Assembly: GCF_001306055.1 (NCBI RefSeq)
Contig: NZ_LGHJ01000016.1
Span: forward strand, 30,001-62,000
Direction of reading: 5' to 3'
Length of the DNA: 32,000 nucleotides
From: Bellilinea caldifistulae
Lineage (GTDB): Bacteria > Chloroflexota > Anaerolineae > Anaerolineales > Anaerolineaceae
Made by a program: the position numbers and the translations under genes. This document shows positions 15,137 to 23,916 of this stretch, piece by piece. Numbering within the stretch: position 1 is the stretch's first letter; each line of letters opens with the position of its first letter. Below the pieces are notes generated by a model that was given only the letters and a program-made list of their open reading frames with translations, ran no database searches and was not told the DNA's origin.

Positions 15137-15955
15137 TTGGAACAGACTTCATCCTTCGAAAAAGATTTTTTATGGCTCAATATCCGTGAATTGCCCTATT
15201 TTCGGGGGGTATTGCGTGCGGTTGAAGCCCGTTTCTACCAATCCATTGAATTGGTCGAACCGGTGCTCGATCTGGGTTGTGGAGACGGTCATTTTGCCTC
15301 AATTGCATTTGAAAAACCGCTCACCGTTGGTCTGGATCCGTGGTGGAAACCGGTCAAAGAAGCAGCAGAAAGGGGCACATACCGCCTCACATTAAGGGGC
15401 AGCGGTTCGACAATGCCCTTTGAAGATGAATCTTTCGCCAGTGTCGTCAGTAATTCAGTCCTGGAGCACATTCCCAATTTAATGCCCGTTCTGGAGGAAA
15501 CCGCGCGGGTTCTCAAACCGGGTGGATTGTTTGTGTTCTGTGTTCCCAATCATCGTTTCCTGGGAAGTCTTTCTATTGCCCAATTTTTGGATCGAACAGG
15601 CTTGAAAAGCGCAGCAAAGCGCTACCGGGGATTTTTCAACCGGATTTCTCGACATTACCATTGTGACGATTTTTCTACATGGAAGGACCGCCTGACCCGC
15701 ACCGGCTTTGAAGTGCTTCGCCATTGGGATTACTTTTCGCCGCGTGCTTTAGCCCTTCTGGAATGGGGGCATTATTTTGGTTTGCCTTCTTTGTTCAGCC
15801 GCTGGTTGTTCAAACGCTGGATTCTGGTCAGTCAGCCTTGGAATCTGGCAATCACTCGTTCGGTGTGCAAGTCGGTTTATCTGGAAACACCCCAACAAAA
15901 GGAGGGGGTTTACTCCTTTTATATTGCCCGAAAAATATCTAAACCAAACACCTGA
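15137..15955 (+). CDS. Class I SAM-dependent methyltransferase (Methyltransf_11-like)
   Basis: 272 aa. It has VLDLGCGDGHF (motif I), FASVVSNSVLEHI and LKPGGLFVF. A TTG start is inferred because there is no upstream in-frame ATG. Confidence 0.75.
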   Translation: MEQTSSFEKDFLWLNIRELPYFRGVLRAVEARFYQSIELVEPVLDLGCGDGHFASIAFEKPLTVGLDPWWKPVKEAAERGTYRLTLRGSGSTMPFEDESFASVVSNSVLEHIPNLMPVLEETARVLKPGGLFVFCVPNHRFLGSLSIAQFLDRTGLKSAAKRYRGFFNRISRHYHCDDFSTWKDRLTRTGFEVLRHWDYFSPRALALLEWGHYFGLPSLFSRWLFKRWILVSQPWNLAITRSVCKSVYLETPQQKEGVYSFYIARKISKPNT

Positions 15956-15967
15956 CATTCGAAGCGC

Positions 15968-15996
15968 TTGTCAGTAATCCGAGGCTGATGTAAGAT
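15968..15996 (+). promoter_or_regulatory. Candidate internal promoter (TTGTCA-N17-TAAGAT) ahead of the GT-C gene block
   Basis: It lies in the only sizeable gap (79 nt) in the lepA-to-cmk array. The -35 matches 5/6 and the -10 matches 4/6, keeping A2 and T6. Confidence 0.35.
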
Positions 15997-16034
15997 ATAC
16001 CATCGTAGTGATTAATTGATTCCTTCTCGCGACC

Positions 16035-18254
16035 ATGGACGAATCAAAAGAACCCACTGTATTGGATTATGTCAAAGCGTTATTGATGCCGTGGAAAGGT
16101 AAACCACCGGCGCTTTCAGCGAAACAACCGACGGCTGATCAATCCTTGGTTGAACCAAAAGAAGATCTGAGTACCTCTCCTGATATTACAACGCTGGAAA
16201 TGAAGGTAGAGGAAAAGGGCGAACCGGTGGTATTCCCCTCGTCGGCTGAGGAACGATTAAAACTGCCGATTGGGTGGCGGACCTTGCTGGCATTTGTCCT
16301 GGCAGTAATTGGGCAGTCTTTTCTGGAACCTCCCCGTCAGCAGGTCAGTGTTGCACTGATCTTTTATGGTCTGGCGGTTGTCGCTCTGATATTTGCAGTG
16401 ATTTCTAAAGAGTGGTTATTAGCGGAATACGCGGATCATACGGCTACTCCAATGGCGGTTACCGTAAATCGGAATCCGATTCTGCTTTCACTACCTTTGT
16501 TGCTGCTGGCCTTTATCTTTTTTAGTGGTAATCGTTTTACTACGCTTAACCTGACTCTCTGGCTGGCAGGCACAATATCACTTGTGGCCGGGTTTTACCT
16601 TCCCTCTCGAACCCGGTTAAGCCTCAAAAGCAAAATCCGCTCATTTTTCCTTGCTCCGCAAGTGATCATCCGAATCACACCCTGGAGTATTCTGGTTCTG
16701 CTGGCCATCGGGTTGGTGGTGTTCTTCCGTTTTTATCGGTTGAGTGAAGTGCCGGGCGAGATGTTCAGTGACCATGCCGAAAAATTGATGGATGTAGCGG
16801 ATGTGCTGCAAGGACAAACATCCATTTTCTTCCCACGAAACACTGGACGTGAAGCAATTCAAATGTATTTGACTGCGCTGATTGCAATTGTTGCAGGAAC
16901 AAAACTTTCCTTCATGAGTCTGAAAATTGGGACAGCCCTGGCGGGTGTCCTGACTCTCCCTTTTATTTACTTTTCAGGAAGGGAAATTGGCGGAAATCGG
17001 GTTGGATTGCTGGCGTTTGTGCTGGCAGGTGTTGCTTATTGGGCAAATGTGATTGCTCGAATTGGGCTGCGATTCCCGCTGTATCCATTATTCGCGGCTC
17101 CAACTCTTTACTTTCTGGTCAAGGGATTGAAATACCGCAGCCGAAATGACTTTATCTGGGCAGGAATTTTCCTTGGATTGGGACTGCATGGTTACAGCCC
17201 GGCGCGTCTTGTTCCCATGGTGGTTGTTGCGGCCGTCATAATTTATCTGATTCATCGTCAATCTGAGGGTAACCGCCGCGAAGCAGTAATTGCTCTCATT
17301 CTTCTGGCGATTACCTCTCTGGCCGTGTTTCTGCCTTTGCTGCGCTATGCGCTCAGCGATCCAGAAATGTTTGCCTATCGGGCGTTGACTCGACTGGGTG
17401 AAACCGAAACGGTTTATCCGGCCCCCGTTGGGATTGTTTTCCTGAATAACTTGTGGAAGTCCATGATCATGTTCTTCTACAAAAACGGCAACATCTGGGT
17501 TCATTCGATTCCTAATCGGCCGGCGCTGGATGTGATTAGTGCGGCTTTGTTTTTCCTTGGAAGTACATTGGTGGTCATTCGTTACATTCGTCAGCGTCAC
17601 TGGCTTGATTTGTTCTTACTGGTATCCATTCCATTGCTGATGATGCCCTCAATTCTCTCGCTGGCGTTTCCGGAAGAAAATCCCTCGCTAAACCGCAGCG
17701 GTGGGGCGATCATCCCTGTGTTCATTTTAGCGGCAGTGGGATTGGATGCCGTGATTCGGTCTATCGAGCGGCGTTACTCGAACGGTTATCAACGCATCAT
17801 CCCGCTTGGAGTAACCGCTTTATTGATATTTTTCATCAGTTCGGCGAATTACGATTTGGTGTTTCGGCAGTTTGATCGGCAGTTTATGGCCGGGGCATGG
17901 AACACTTCCCAAATTGGGGCGGTGATCCGAGGTTTCAGCGAAGCACAGGGTAACCCAGATACGGCTTATGTGGTACCTTACCCGCACTGGGTAGATACCC
18001 GCCTGGTGGGTATCAATGCCGGTTTTCCCCTGAAGGACTATGCGTTGTGGCCGGATCAATTTGAAACGACTTTGAGTGAGACACGGGCTAAATTGTTTGT
18101 GATTAATCCGCGTGATGAGGATGCCGTCCATAAGTTGCAGGAGCTGTACCCGACTGGGTGGTTGTATTTTTATGATGTGGAGTTAGAAGGAAAGGATTTT
18201 CTGCTTTATTTTGTACCCCCTGCCGGGACGGAAGATGGAACAGTGCAGCCATGA
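16035..18254 (+). CDS. GT-C fold, ArnT/PMT (GT39/GT83)-like polyprenyl-phosphate-sugar-dependent glycosyltransferase candidate
   Basis: 739 aa and polytopic. After an N-terminal extension (hydrophilic ~80 aa, then 3-4 extra TMs), the core shows FFRFYRLSEVPGEMFSDHAEK (first-loop acidic motif), a helix rich in small residues, and GLGLHGY. The C-terminus is a soluble domain of about 130 aa. Confidence 0.65.
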   Translation: MDESKEPTVLDYVKALLMPWKGKPPALSAKQPTADQSLVEPKEDLSTSPDITTLEMKVEEKGEPVVFPSSAEERLKLPIGWRTLLAFVLAVIGQSFLEPPRQQVSVALIFYGLAVVALIFAVISKEWLLAEYADHTATPMAVTVNRNPILLSLPLLLLAFIFFSGNRFTTLNLTLWLAGTISLVAGFYLPSRTRLSLKSKIRSFFLAPQVIIRITPWSILVLLAIGLVVFFRFYRLSEVPGEMFSDHAEKLMDVADVLQGQTSIFFPRNTGREAIQMYLTALIAIVAGTKLSFMSLKIGTALAGVLTLPFIYFSGREIGGNRVGLLAFVLAGVAYWANVIARIGLRFPLYPLFAAPTLYFLVKGLKYRSRNDFIWAGIFLGLGLHGYSPARLVPMVVVAAVIIYLIHRQSEGNRREAVIALILLAITSLAVFLPLLRYALSDPEMFAYRALTRLGETETVYPAPVGIVFLNNLWKSMIMFFYKNGNIWVHSIPNRPALDVISAALFFLGSTLVVIRYIRQRHWLDLFLLVSIPLLMMPSILSLAFPEENPSLNRSGGAIIPVFILAAVGLDAVIRSIERRYSNGYQRIIPLGVTALLIFFISSANYDLVFRQFDRQFMAGAWNTSQIGAVIRGFSEAQGNPDTAYVVPYPHWVDTRLVGINAGFPLKDYALWPDQFETTLSETRAKLFVINPRDEDAVHKLQELYPTGWLYFYDVELEGKDFLLYFVPPAGTEDGTVQP

Positions 18255-21200
18255 GTGAGGGTGTTTCCACCACGAAAAAAGTGCAAAGCCGGCTTTTTAT
18301 TGAGCCGATTCGTCTAAGCTGGCTTTTGGACATTTGCCTGCTTGGCGTTTTACTCGTTGGATTAATCCTCCGGTTTAATGGTTTGGAATGGGGGGAAGGA
18401 CAATATCTTCATCCAGATGAGCGATTTCTGGTGTGGGTTACGGCCGATTTGAAACCCGTTGATCGAGTGGGAGATTATTTTGATACGGCTCAATCCACCC
18501 TGAACCCTCACAATGTCGGTCATCGCTTTTTTGTTTACGGCACATTCCCGATTTTTCTAACCCGCTACCTGGCCGAATGGGCTTTTTCCAGTAACGGTTG
18601 GGAACAAATAATTGTGGTTGGCAGGAGTTTGAGCGCGCTGTTTGACCTGTTGACGGTGCTGTTGGTTTTTTTGATTGGGGAACGCCTTTGGGGAAAAGTC
18701 GCTGGGATTTTAGGGGCAACATTTTCTGCGCTGGCTGTGTTGCAAATTCAGCAGGCTCATTTTTATACGACAGATTCTTTTGCTACTTTTTTCTCAACGC
18801 TGGCGATCTATTTTGCCGTCCGCTTGGCGACCCTGACGGAAAAACCGGTAGAAGAGCAATCCTCCCGTAATTTGGTTGAAAAAATTGATGCTCGGGTGGT
18901 GTGGAATTGTGCCGTCTTTGGGGCGGCAGCAGGTCTGGCGGCCGCCTGTAAAATCCACGTTGGAGTTGTGGCATTAATCCTGCCGGGTGTTCTGTTGTGG
19001 GGGTATTTTAATCCGAGACGCGAAAACAGGTTTTTTACACCGATGGAGGTTTTGGGCGGTTTGCTGATCGGTGGGCTCAGCGCATTTGTGATCTTTCGGC
19101 TGTTCCAGCCATATGCTTTTCAGGGGCCGCAGGTTTGGAATGTCCTCCCAAATCCGCTGTGGGTGGAGAATCTGAAAAGTTTACTGGCACAAACCGGCGG
19201 TGATGTGGATTTTCCACCGGCATTGCAATGGGCGCGTCGTCCCATTACTTTTTCCTTTCAAAACATGGTGCTCTGGGGAATGGGACTCCCAATGGGCTTG
19301 TTGGCCTGGACAGGAATGATCTGGCTGGGTTGGCAGTTGATCAAGAACCGCTTCACCCATCCTTTTACTGCTGTTTGGGGGTGGACGGTCTTGTTCTTTA
19401 TCTGGCAGTCCTTGCAGGGCAATCCGACGATGCGTTATCAGCTGCCGATTTATCCAATTTTGGCATTGACCGCTGGCTGGACAATATTCGCTTTGTGGGA
19501 AAAAGCAAATCACGTTTACCGGAACAACCCGGTGAAAATCCGGCAAAGTCGTTGGGGGATCATTGGGCTAGGTCTGATTGTTATGGGGTTGACAGCCGGA
19601 TGGGCGGTTGCCTTTGATGGGATTTACACGCGCCCGGTGACGCGGGTTGAGGCATCACGCTGGATTTATCAAAACGTACCGGGAGCGGTGAACCTGACCA
19701 TTCGTATGGAAAACGAAGAGTATCATCAACCGCTGGCTTTTACTTCGCTGATGGTTCTACAGCGAGGTGAAGCAATCCATACCAGTTTTCGCGCTGCTCA
19801 AAGCGGGACGATAAGTGAAATTTACTTTGACAACATCCGCGACTTGACCCTCAATGATAATCCCAAGACATTGCTTGTCACGATTCAGGAAGCCGGAGAG
19901 GTCTATGCTGCCAAAGGCTCAGGTATGCTGATGCAAACCTTTGCGGAAAATCAGCCCCGTCCCCACAGGCTTGTTCTGGATTTTCCACTGGCAGTGGAGG
20001 CGGGTAAGCTGTACACGATTTCGGTTTGGTTTGAGGGGGCAGAAACAGCCCTCTCTTTGCAGGGTGGGGGTGCGGTACTGATCCGTAATGAGGAGGGTAC
20101 ATTCCGCCAGCTTTTGGTAGATTGGACGGAATCTGTCCGGTCAAACCGCCCTCTGGAAATCACTTTCCAGCCACTTCGATCCGGACTCTTGAACGAGATT
20201 GGATTTTACCGAATTGTGGATCGGACTGCATCGCAAGGGATGAAAACCTTTCGGATCGAGGTTTTTGACCGCAGTATTGCTGGGCAACCGCTCAGCAACG
20301 CAATTCTGACTGATGATTTTACGGCTGAAGGGCTGGATGCACGAGGAAAAAGCGTGAGTTTAGCACTAAATCCACCTTTGAAAGTGGAGGCGGGAAAAAC
20401 TTACACCATTCAAATGGATCTGGTGGAGGGGGAAGGAGAGATTGTCTTTTTCCCTGCTGCGGGTGTAAATGAAACGGTTTGGGACGACGGCTTACCTTTA
20501 CGCCTGGAAGGGTTTGACCCATATGGAGGGATTTATCCGCGTGATTTGACACTTGATTTATATGCCGATGATTCGGTGGAAAAGCGTGAGCAGATGATTG
20601 ATTTGCTCAACCGGGCGGATTATATCTATATCTCATCCAACCGGCAGTGGGGAACAACTACCCGATTACCTGAACGTTACCCGCTGACCACCGCTTACTA
20701 TCGCTACTTGCTGGGGTGTCCGGCGGAGAAAGACCTTTTATGGTGCTACCGGGTTGCCCAACCGGGCATGTTCAACGGTCAACTGGGTTTTGAACTGGTA
20801 GCCGTTTTTCAGTCCAACCCGAAATTGGGGGGAGTCGAAATCAACACCCAATTTGCAGAAGAGGCTTTCACGGTTTACGACCATCCCAAAGTGCTGATTT
20901 TCAAAAAAATTGAGGGATTTGATCCCCTTCAAACAGCGCGTCTTTTGAGAAGTGTGGATTTATCAGCAGTGATCCACGTCCTTCCCGGAAGGGCACCTTC
21001 TTACCCGGCCAACCTGATGCTGCCGGATCATCTGCTGGCATTACAGCGCAGCGGCGGGACCTGGGCTGAGTTATTTGACAGCAATGGTCTGCTGAACCGT
21101 TTTCCGATGTTGGGCTGGTTGATTTGGTATCTTGTCATCAGTGTAGTGGGGTGGATTGCCTATCCGATTTTGCGCGTAGCCATGAAGGGGTTGCCGGACC

Positions 21201-23551
21201 ATGGTTTTCCCCTTAGCAAGATTGCTGGCTTACTTTTCTTATCCTGGGGGGTATGGCTGATTGCGTCCCTGGGAGGCAGGTTTGAGCGTAGCACAATAAC
21301 AATCGTATTCTTGATTCTGCTGCTATTCAGTGGGTTGGCAACTTTCTGGCAGCGTAATGATTTAATTGAGGAATTTCGCGAGCGAAAAGCATATTATCTG
21401 CGGGTTGAAGGGATTGGGCTGGCATTTTTTATATTCTTCACTTTGATTCGGATTGGTAACCCGGATTTGTGGCATCCCGCCTTTGGCGGCGAGAAGCCGA
21501 TGGACTTTGCCTACTTTAACGCCATACTGAAAAGCACTGTTTTTCCCCCATACAATCCATGGTACAGTGGTGGATACATCAACTATTATTACTACGGATT
21601 TGTGCTGGCAGGGGTACCAACCAAATGGCTGGGAATTATCCCTTCAATAGCCTACAACCTGATCCTGCCGACGATGTTTGCTACCTTTGCCTTGGGCGCA
21701 TTCAGCGCGGGTTGGAACATTGCTGCTCATTTTCTCAAAGAGAGCAGACAATCCGATGAAGGGGTTGGGGGAAAGCGGTCTGTCTTTGGAAAACCGTTTT
21801 GGATGGGGCTTGGGTCCGCCATTGCAGCCTTGATTCTGGGCAATCTGGGCACTGCCAGGATGATCTGGCACGGTTTGATGCGCCTTGCGATGAGTGGTTC
21901 ATCACTGGAAGAGGCAAACTTTTTCTTGAAACTTTCCTGGACAATTCAGGGACTTTCTCGCTTTTTAGCCGGAGCGCGGCTGCCTTACAGCACAGGTGAC
22001 TGGTACTGGATTCCCAGCCGGGCATTGCCGGGTGAAGCCATTACGGAATTCCCGTTTTTTACATTCTTATATGCGGATCCCCACGCTCACCTGTTTGCGC
22101 TTCCCTTAACGATGTTGGCTCTGGGCTGGTGTCTTTCGGTGGTTTTTGGTCAATGGCGTTGGGGATTCAATCAGGTAAAAACTGTCCCAGCCTTTCTTCT
22201 TTCGCTACTGGTGGGCGGACTGGTCATTGGGGTTTTACGACCAACCAACACGTGGGATATGCCCACTTATCTGGGATTGGGGGTTTCTGCTCTGGTCTAC
22301 TCCGCCATTCGTTATGATAGCAGTTGGGATGCTTACCTGAAAGGTATTCCGGTTTGGTTAAAACGGTTGGCGGTTGGTCTGGGGGCCAGCTTGGTTTTGA
22401 CCGGGTTATCATTTCTCTTATTCCTGCCGTATTCGCAATGGTACGCGCAGGGTTATGGTAGTGTGCAACTATGGGAAGGAAGCCGCTCCCCGGTTGCTTC
22501 CTATCTGACCCATTGGGGTTTGTTTTTCTTTGTGATTGCCTCGTGGTTGGTATATGAAACCATCCACTGGATGGCGAACACTCCGCTCTCGTCGTTGCAA
22601 AAATTGCGTCCATGGCGGTTCTGGATTTTCAGTGGGCTGGGGATTTATCTGTTAGCCGTTGTTTTGTTAAATGTTTCTTTGAAAGTCGAAATTGCCTTTT
22701 ACCCGCTCACTATAGCAGTGTGGTGTTTGATTTTGCTGCTTCGACCTTATCAACCGGATGCCAAACGCGCTGTACTGTTTCTGATTGGTACAGGAGTCAC
22801 CCTGACGCTGATGGTGGAAGTTATCGTATTGGTGGGTGATATTGGCCGGATGAATACTGTGTTCAAGTTTTACTTGCAGGCCTGGAATTTGCTGGCCATC
22901 AGCGCGGCAGCGGCGACCGGCTGGTTGCTGCCAGCCATTGAGTCCCAATGGAAATCCGGCTGGAAGCCCGTCTGGCAGTTTGTACTGAGTGCTTTATTGG
23001 TTGCAGCGTTGTTATATCCGCTGATGGCGGGGGCAGCCAAGGTTCGCGATCGAATGAGCAGTATTGCTCCACATGGATTGGATGGGATGGCGTATATGCG
23101 TACAGCGGAGTATTCCGATCAGGGGCGCACGATGGATCTCAGTCAGGATTACCGCGCCATACGTTGGATGCAGGAGAATGTGAAAGGTTCGCCGGTGATT
23201 GTGGAAGCCAACACACCATTGTATCGGTGGGGATCGCGTTTTTCGATTTACACCGGGCTGCCAACCATCATCGGCTGGGACTGGCATCAACGCCAGCAAC
23301 GAGCAGCGGTGCAGAATGATTTTACCGTTCAAAACCGCATTCTGGATGTTGCCGAAATTTACAACAGTCTCTCGAAGGAGGTCGTCAGAGAACTTTTAGA
23401 CCGATACGCTGTACAATATATTATTGTGGGGCAGTTGGAACAGGCTTATTACGAGCCGGCAGGACTATCCAAATTCCCCCAATGGGATGGTGAACTTTGG
23501 AAAGAAGTTTACCGCGATATGGACACGGTGATTTATGAGGTAATCCCTTGA
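18251..23551 (+). CDS. Giant 1766-aa membrane protein: N-terminal GT-C-like module, duplicated beta-rich extracytoplasmic modules, and a C-terminal DUF2298/'Chlor_Arch_YYY' module
   Basis: The start overlaps the previous stop (ATGA). Residues 1-460 are multi-TM with YLHPDERF in the first loop. Residues ~461-950 are soluble and contain a tandem repeat. Residues ~952-1766 are collinear with the 856-aa ORF at 23917 (LPDHGF, EKPMDFAYFNAILKS, FPPYNPW, NYYYYG, EFPFFTFLYADPHAH, NTWDMPTYLGL, GRMNTVFKFYLQAW). Confidence 0.8.
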   Translation: MSEGVSTTKKVQSRLFIEPIRLSWLLDICLLGVLLVGLILRFNGLEWGEGQYLHPDERFLVWVTADLKPVDRVGDYFDTAQSTLNPHNVGHRFFVYGTFPIFLTRYLAEWAFSSNGWEQIIVVGRSLSALFDLLTVLLVFLIGERLWGKVAGILGATFSALAVLQIQQAHFYTTDSFATFFSTLAIYFAVRLATLTEKPVEEQSSRNLVEKIDARVVWNCAVFGAAAGLAAACKIHVGVVALILPGVLLWGYFNPRRENRFFTPMEVLGGLLIGGLSAFVIFRLFQPYAFQGPQVWNVLPNPLWVENLKSLLAQTGGDVDFPPALQWARRPITFSFQNMVLWGMGLPMGLLAWTGMIWLGWQLIKNRFTHPFTAVWGWTVLFFIWQSLQGNPTMRYQLPIYPILALTAGWTIFALWEKANHVYRNNPVKIRQSRWGIIGLGLIVMGLTAGWAVAFDGIYTRPVTRVEASRWIYQNVPGAVNLTIRMENEEYHQPLAFTSLMVLQRGEAIHTSFRAAQSGTISEIYFDNIRDLTLNDNPKTLLVTIQEAGEVYAAKGSGMLMQTFAENQPRPHRLVLDFPLAVEAGKLYTISVWFEGAETALSLQGGGAVLIRNEEGTFRQLLVDWTESVRSNRPLEITFQPLRSGLLNEIGFYRIVDRTASQGMKTFRIEVFDRSIAGQPLSNAILTDDFTAEGLDARGKSVSLALNPPLKVEAGKTYTIQMDLVEGEGEIVFFPAAGVNETVWDDGLPLRLEGFDPYGGIYPRDLTLDLYADDSVEKREQMIDLLNRADYIYISSNRQWGTTTRLPERYPLTTAYYRYLLGCPAEKDLLWCYRVAQPGMFNGQLGFELVAVFQSNPKLGGVEINTQFAEEAFTVYDHPKVLIFKKIEGFDPLQTARLLRSVDLSAVIHVLPGRAPSYPANLMLPDHLLALQRSGGTWAELFDSNGLLNRFPMLGWLIWYLVISVVGWIAYPILRVAMKGLPDHGFPLSKIAGLLFLSWGVWLIASLGGRFERSTITIVFLILLLFSGLATFWQRNDLIEEFRERKAYYLRVEGIGLAFFIFFTLIRIGNPDLWHPAFGGEKPMDFAYFNAILKSTVFPPYNPWYSGGYINYYYYGFVLAGVPTKWLGIIPSIAYNLILPTMFATFALGAFSAGWNIAAHFLKESRQSDEGVGGKRSVFGKPFWMGLGSAIAALILGNLGTARMIWHGLMRLAMSGSSLEEANFFLKLSWTIQGLSRFLAGARLPYSTGDWYWIPSRALPGEAITEFPFFTFLYADPHAHLFALPLTMLALGWCLSVVFGQWRWGFNQVKTVPAFLLSLLVGGLVIGVLRPTNTWDMPTYLGLGVSALVYSAIRYDSSWDAYLKGIPVWLKRLAVGLGASLVLTGLSFLLFLPYSQWYAQGYGSVQLWEGSRSPVASYLTHWGLFFFVIASWLVYETIHWMANTPLSSLQKLRPWRFWIFSGLGIYLLAVVLLNVSLKVEIAFYPLTIAVWCLILLLRPYQPDAKRAVLFLIGTGVTLTLMVEVIVLVGDIGRMNTVFKFYLQAWNLLAISAAAATGWLLPAIESQWKSGWKPVWQFVLSALLVAALLYPLMAGAAKVRDRMSSIAPHGLDGMAYMRTAEYSDQGRTMDLSQDYRAIRWMQENVKGSPVIVEANTPLYRWGSRFSIYTGLPTIIGWDWHQRQQRAAVQNDFTVQNRILDVAEIYNSLSKEVVRELLDRYAVQYIIVGQLEQAYYEPAGLSKFPQWDGELWKEVYRDMDTVIYEVIP
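19793..20065 (+). repeat. Intragenic protein repeat, module 1 (...SGTISEIYFDNIRD...DFPLAVEAGKLYTISVWFEG)
   Basis: Aligns with module 2. Both contain the nucleotide string GTGGAGGCGGG(T/A)AA, encoding VEAGK (19994 and 20384). Confidence 0.6.
20171..20455 (+). repeat. Intragenic protein repeat, module 2 (...SGLLNEIGFYRIVD...NPPLKVEAGKTYTIQMDLVEG)
   Basis: A diverged tandem copy of module 1. The period is about 130 aa. Confidence 0.6.
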
Positions 23552-23571
23552 ACACACAACAAACTTCCGAC

Positions 23572-23898
23572 ATGATTTATCACATTGCGGAACAAAAAGA
23601 GTGGCTAAAAGGTATCGAGTTGGGCTCATACCGGTCCGATTCTCTGAGGGTTGAAGGTTTCATCCATTGTTCTACGCGTGAACAGGTCATGGAAGTAGCC
23701 GAGAGATTATTCTCTGATCGGACGGATGTGGTTGTGTTGGAAATTGACCAGGAGTCCTTACCGGTAGAGGTCAGGTACGAAATCGCTCCAAATGGAAACG
23801 CTTATCCTCATGTATATGGAGAAATCCCGCTTGAAGCAATCCGGCGAGTTCTGGTTCTCGATTGGAAAAATCGCAGGTTGGAAGATTTATCTGCCTGA
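23572..23898 (+). CDS. DUF952 family protein
   Basis: The ATG at 23572 gives MIYHIAEQKEWL...EGFIHCST...YPHVYGEIPLEAI. Both the size (108 aa) and the motifs are as I recall for DUF952. The TTG at 23548 in the track is a less likely start. Confidence 0.7.
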   Translation: MIYHIAEQKEWLKGIELGSYRSDSLRVEGFIHCSTREQVMEVAERLFSDRTDVVVLEIDQESLPVEVRYEIAPNGNAYPHVYGEIPLEAIRRVLVLDWKNRRLEDLSA

Positions 23899-23916
23899 AC
23901 GGTTGGGGATGAAGCG

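Noticed and set aside
15952-15974. Hairpin CTGACA-N11-TGTCAG after the methyltransferase gene, considered as a terminator
   Set aside because: The stem is only 6 bp, the loop is 11 nt and there is no T-tract. The 3' arm coincides with the candidate -35 box TTGTCA. It is too weak to call.
17088-17600. 170-aa minus-strand ORF inside the 739-aa GT-C gene. Similar antisense ORFs occur at 22224-22613 and 25847-26266 inside the YYY genes.
   Set aside because: All are antisense to long hydrophobic CDSs whose codon structure and paralogue conservation support the plus strand. The antisense translations are Arg/Gln/Pro/Asn-rich and featureless.
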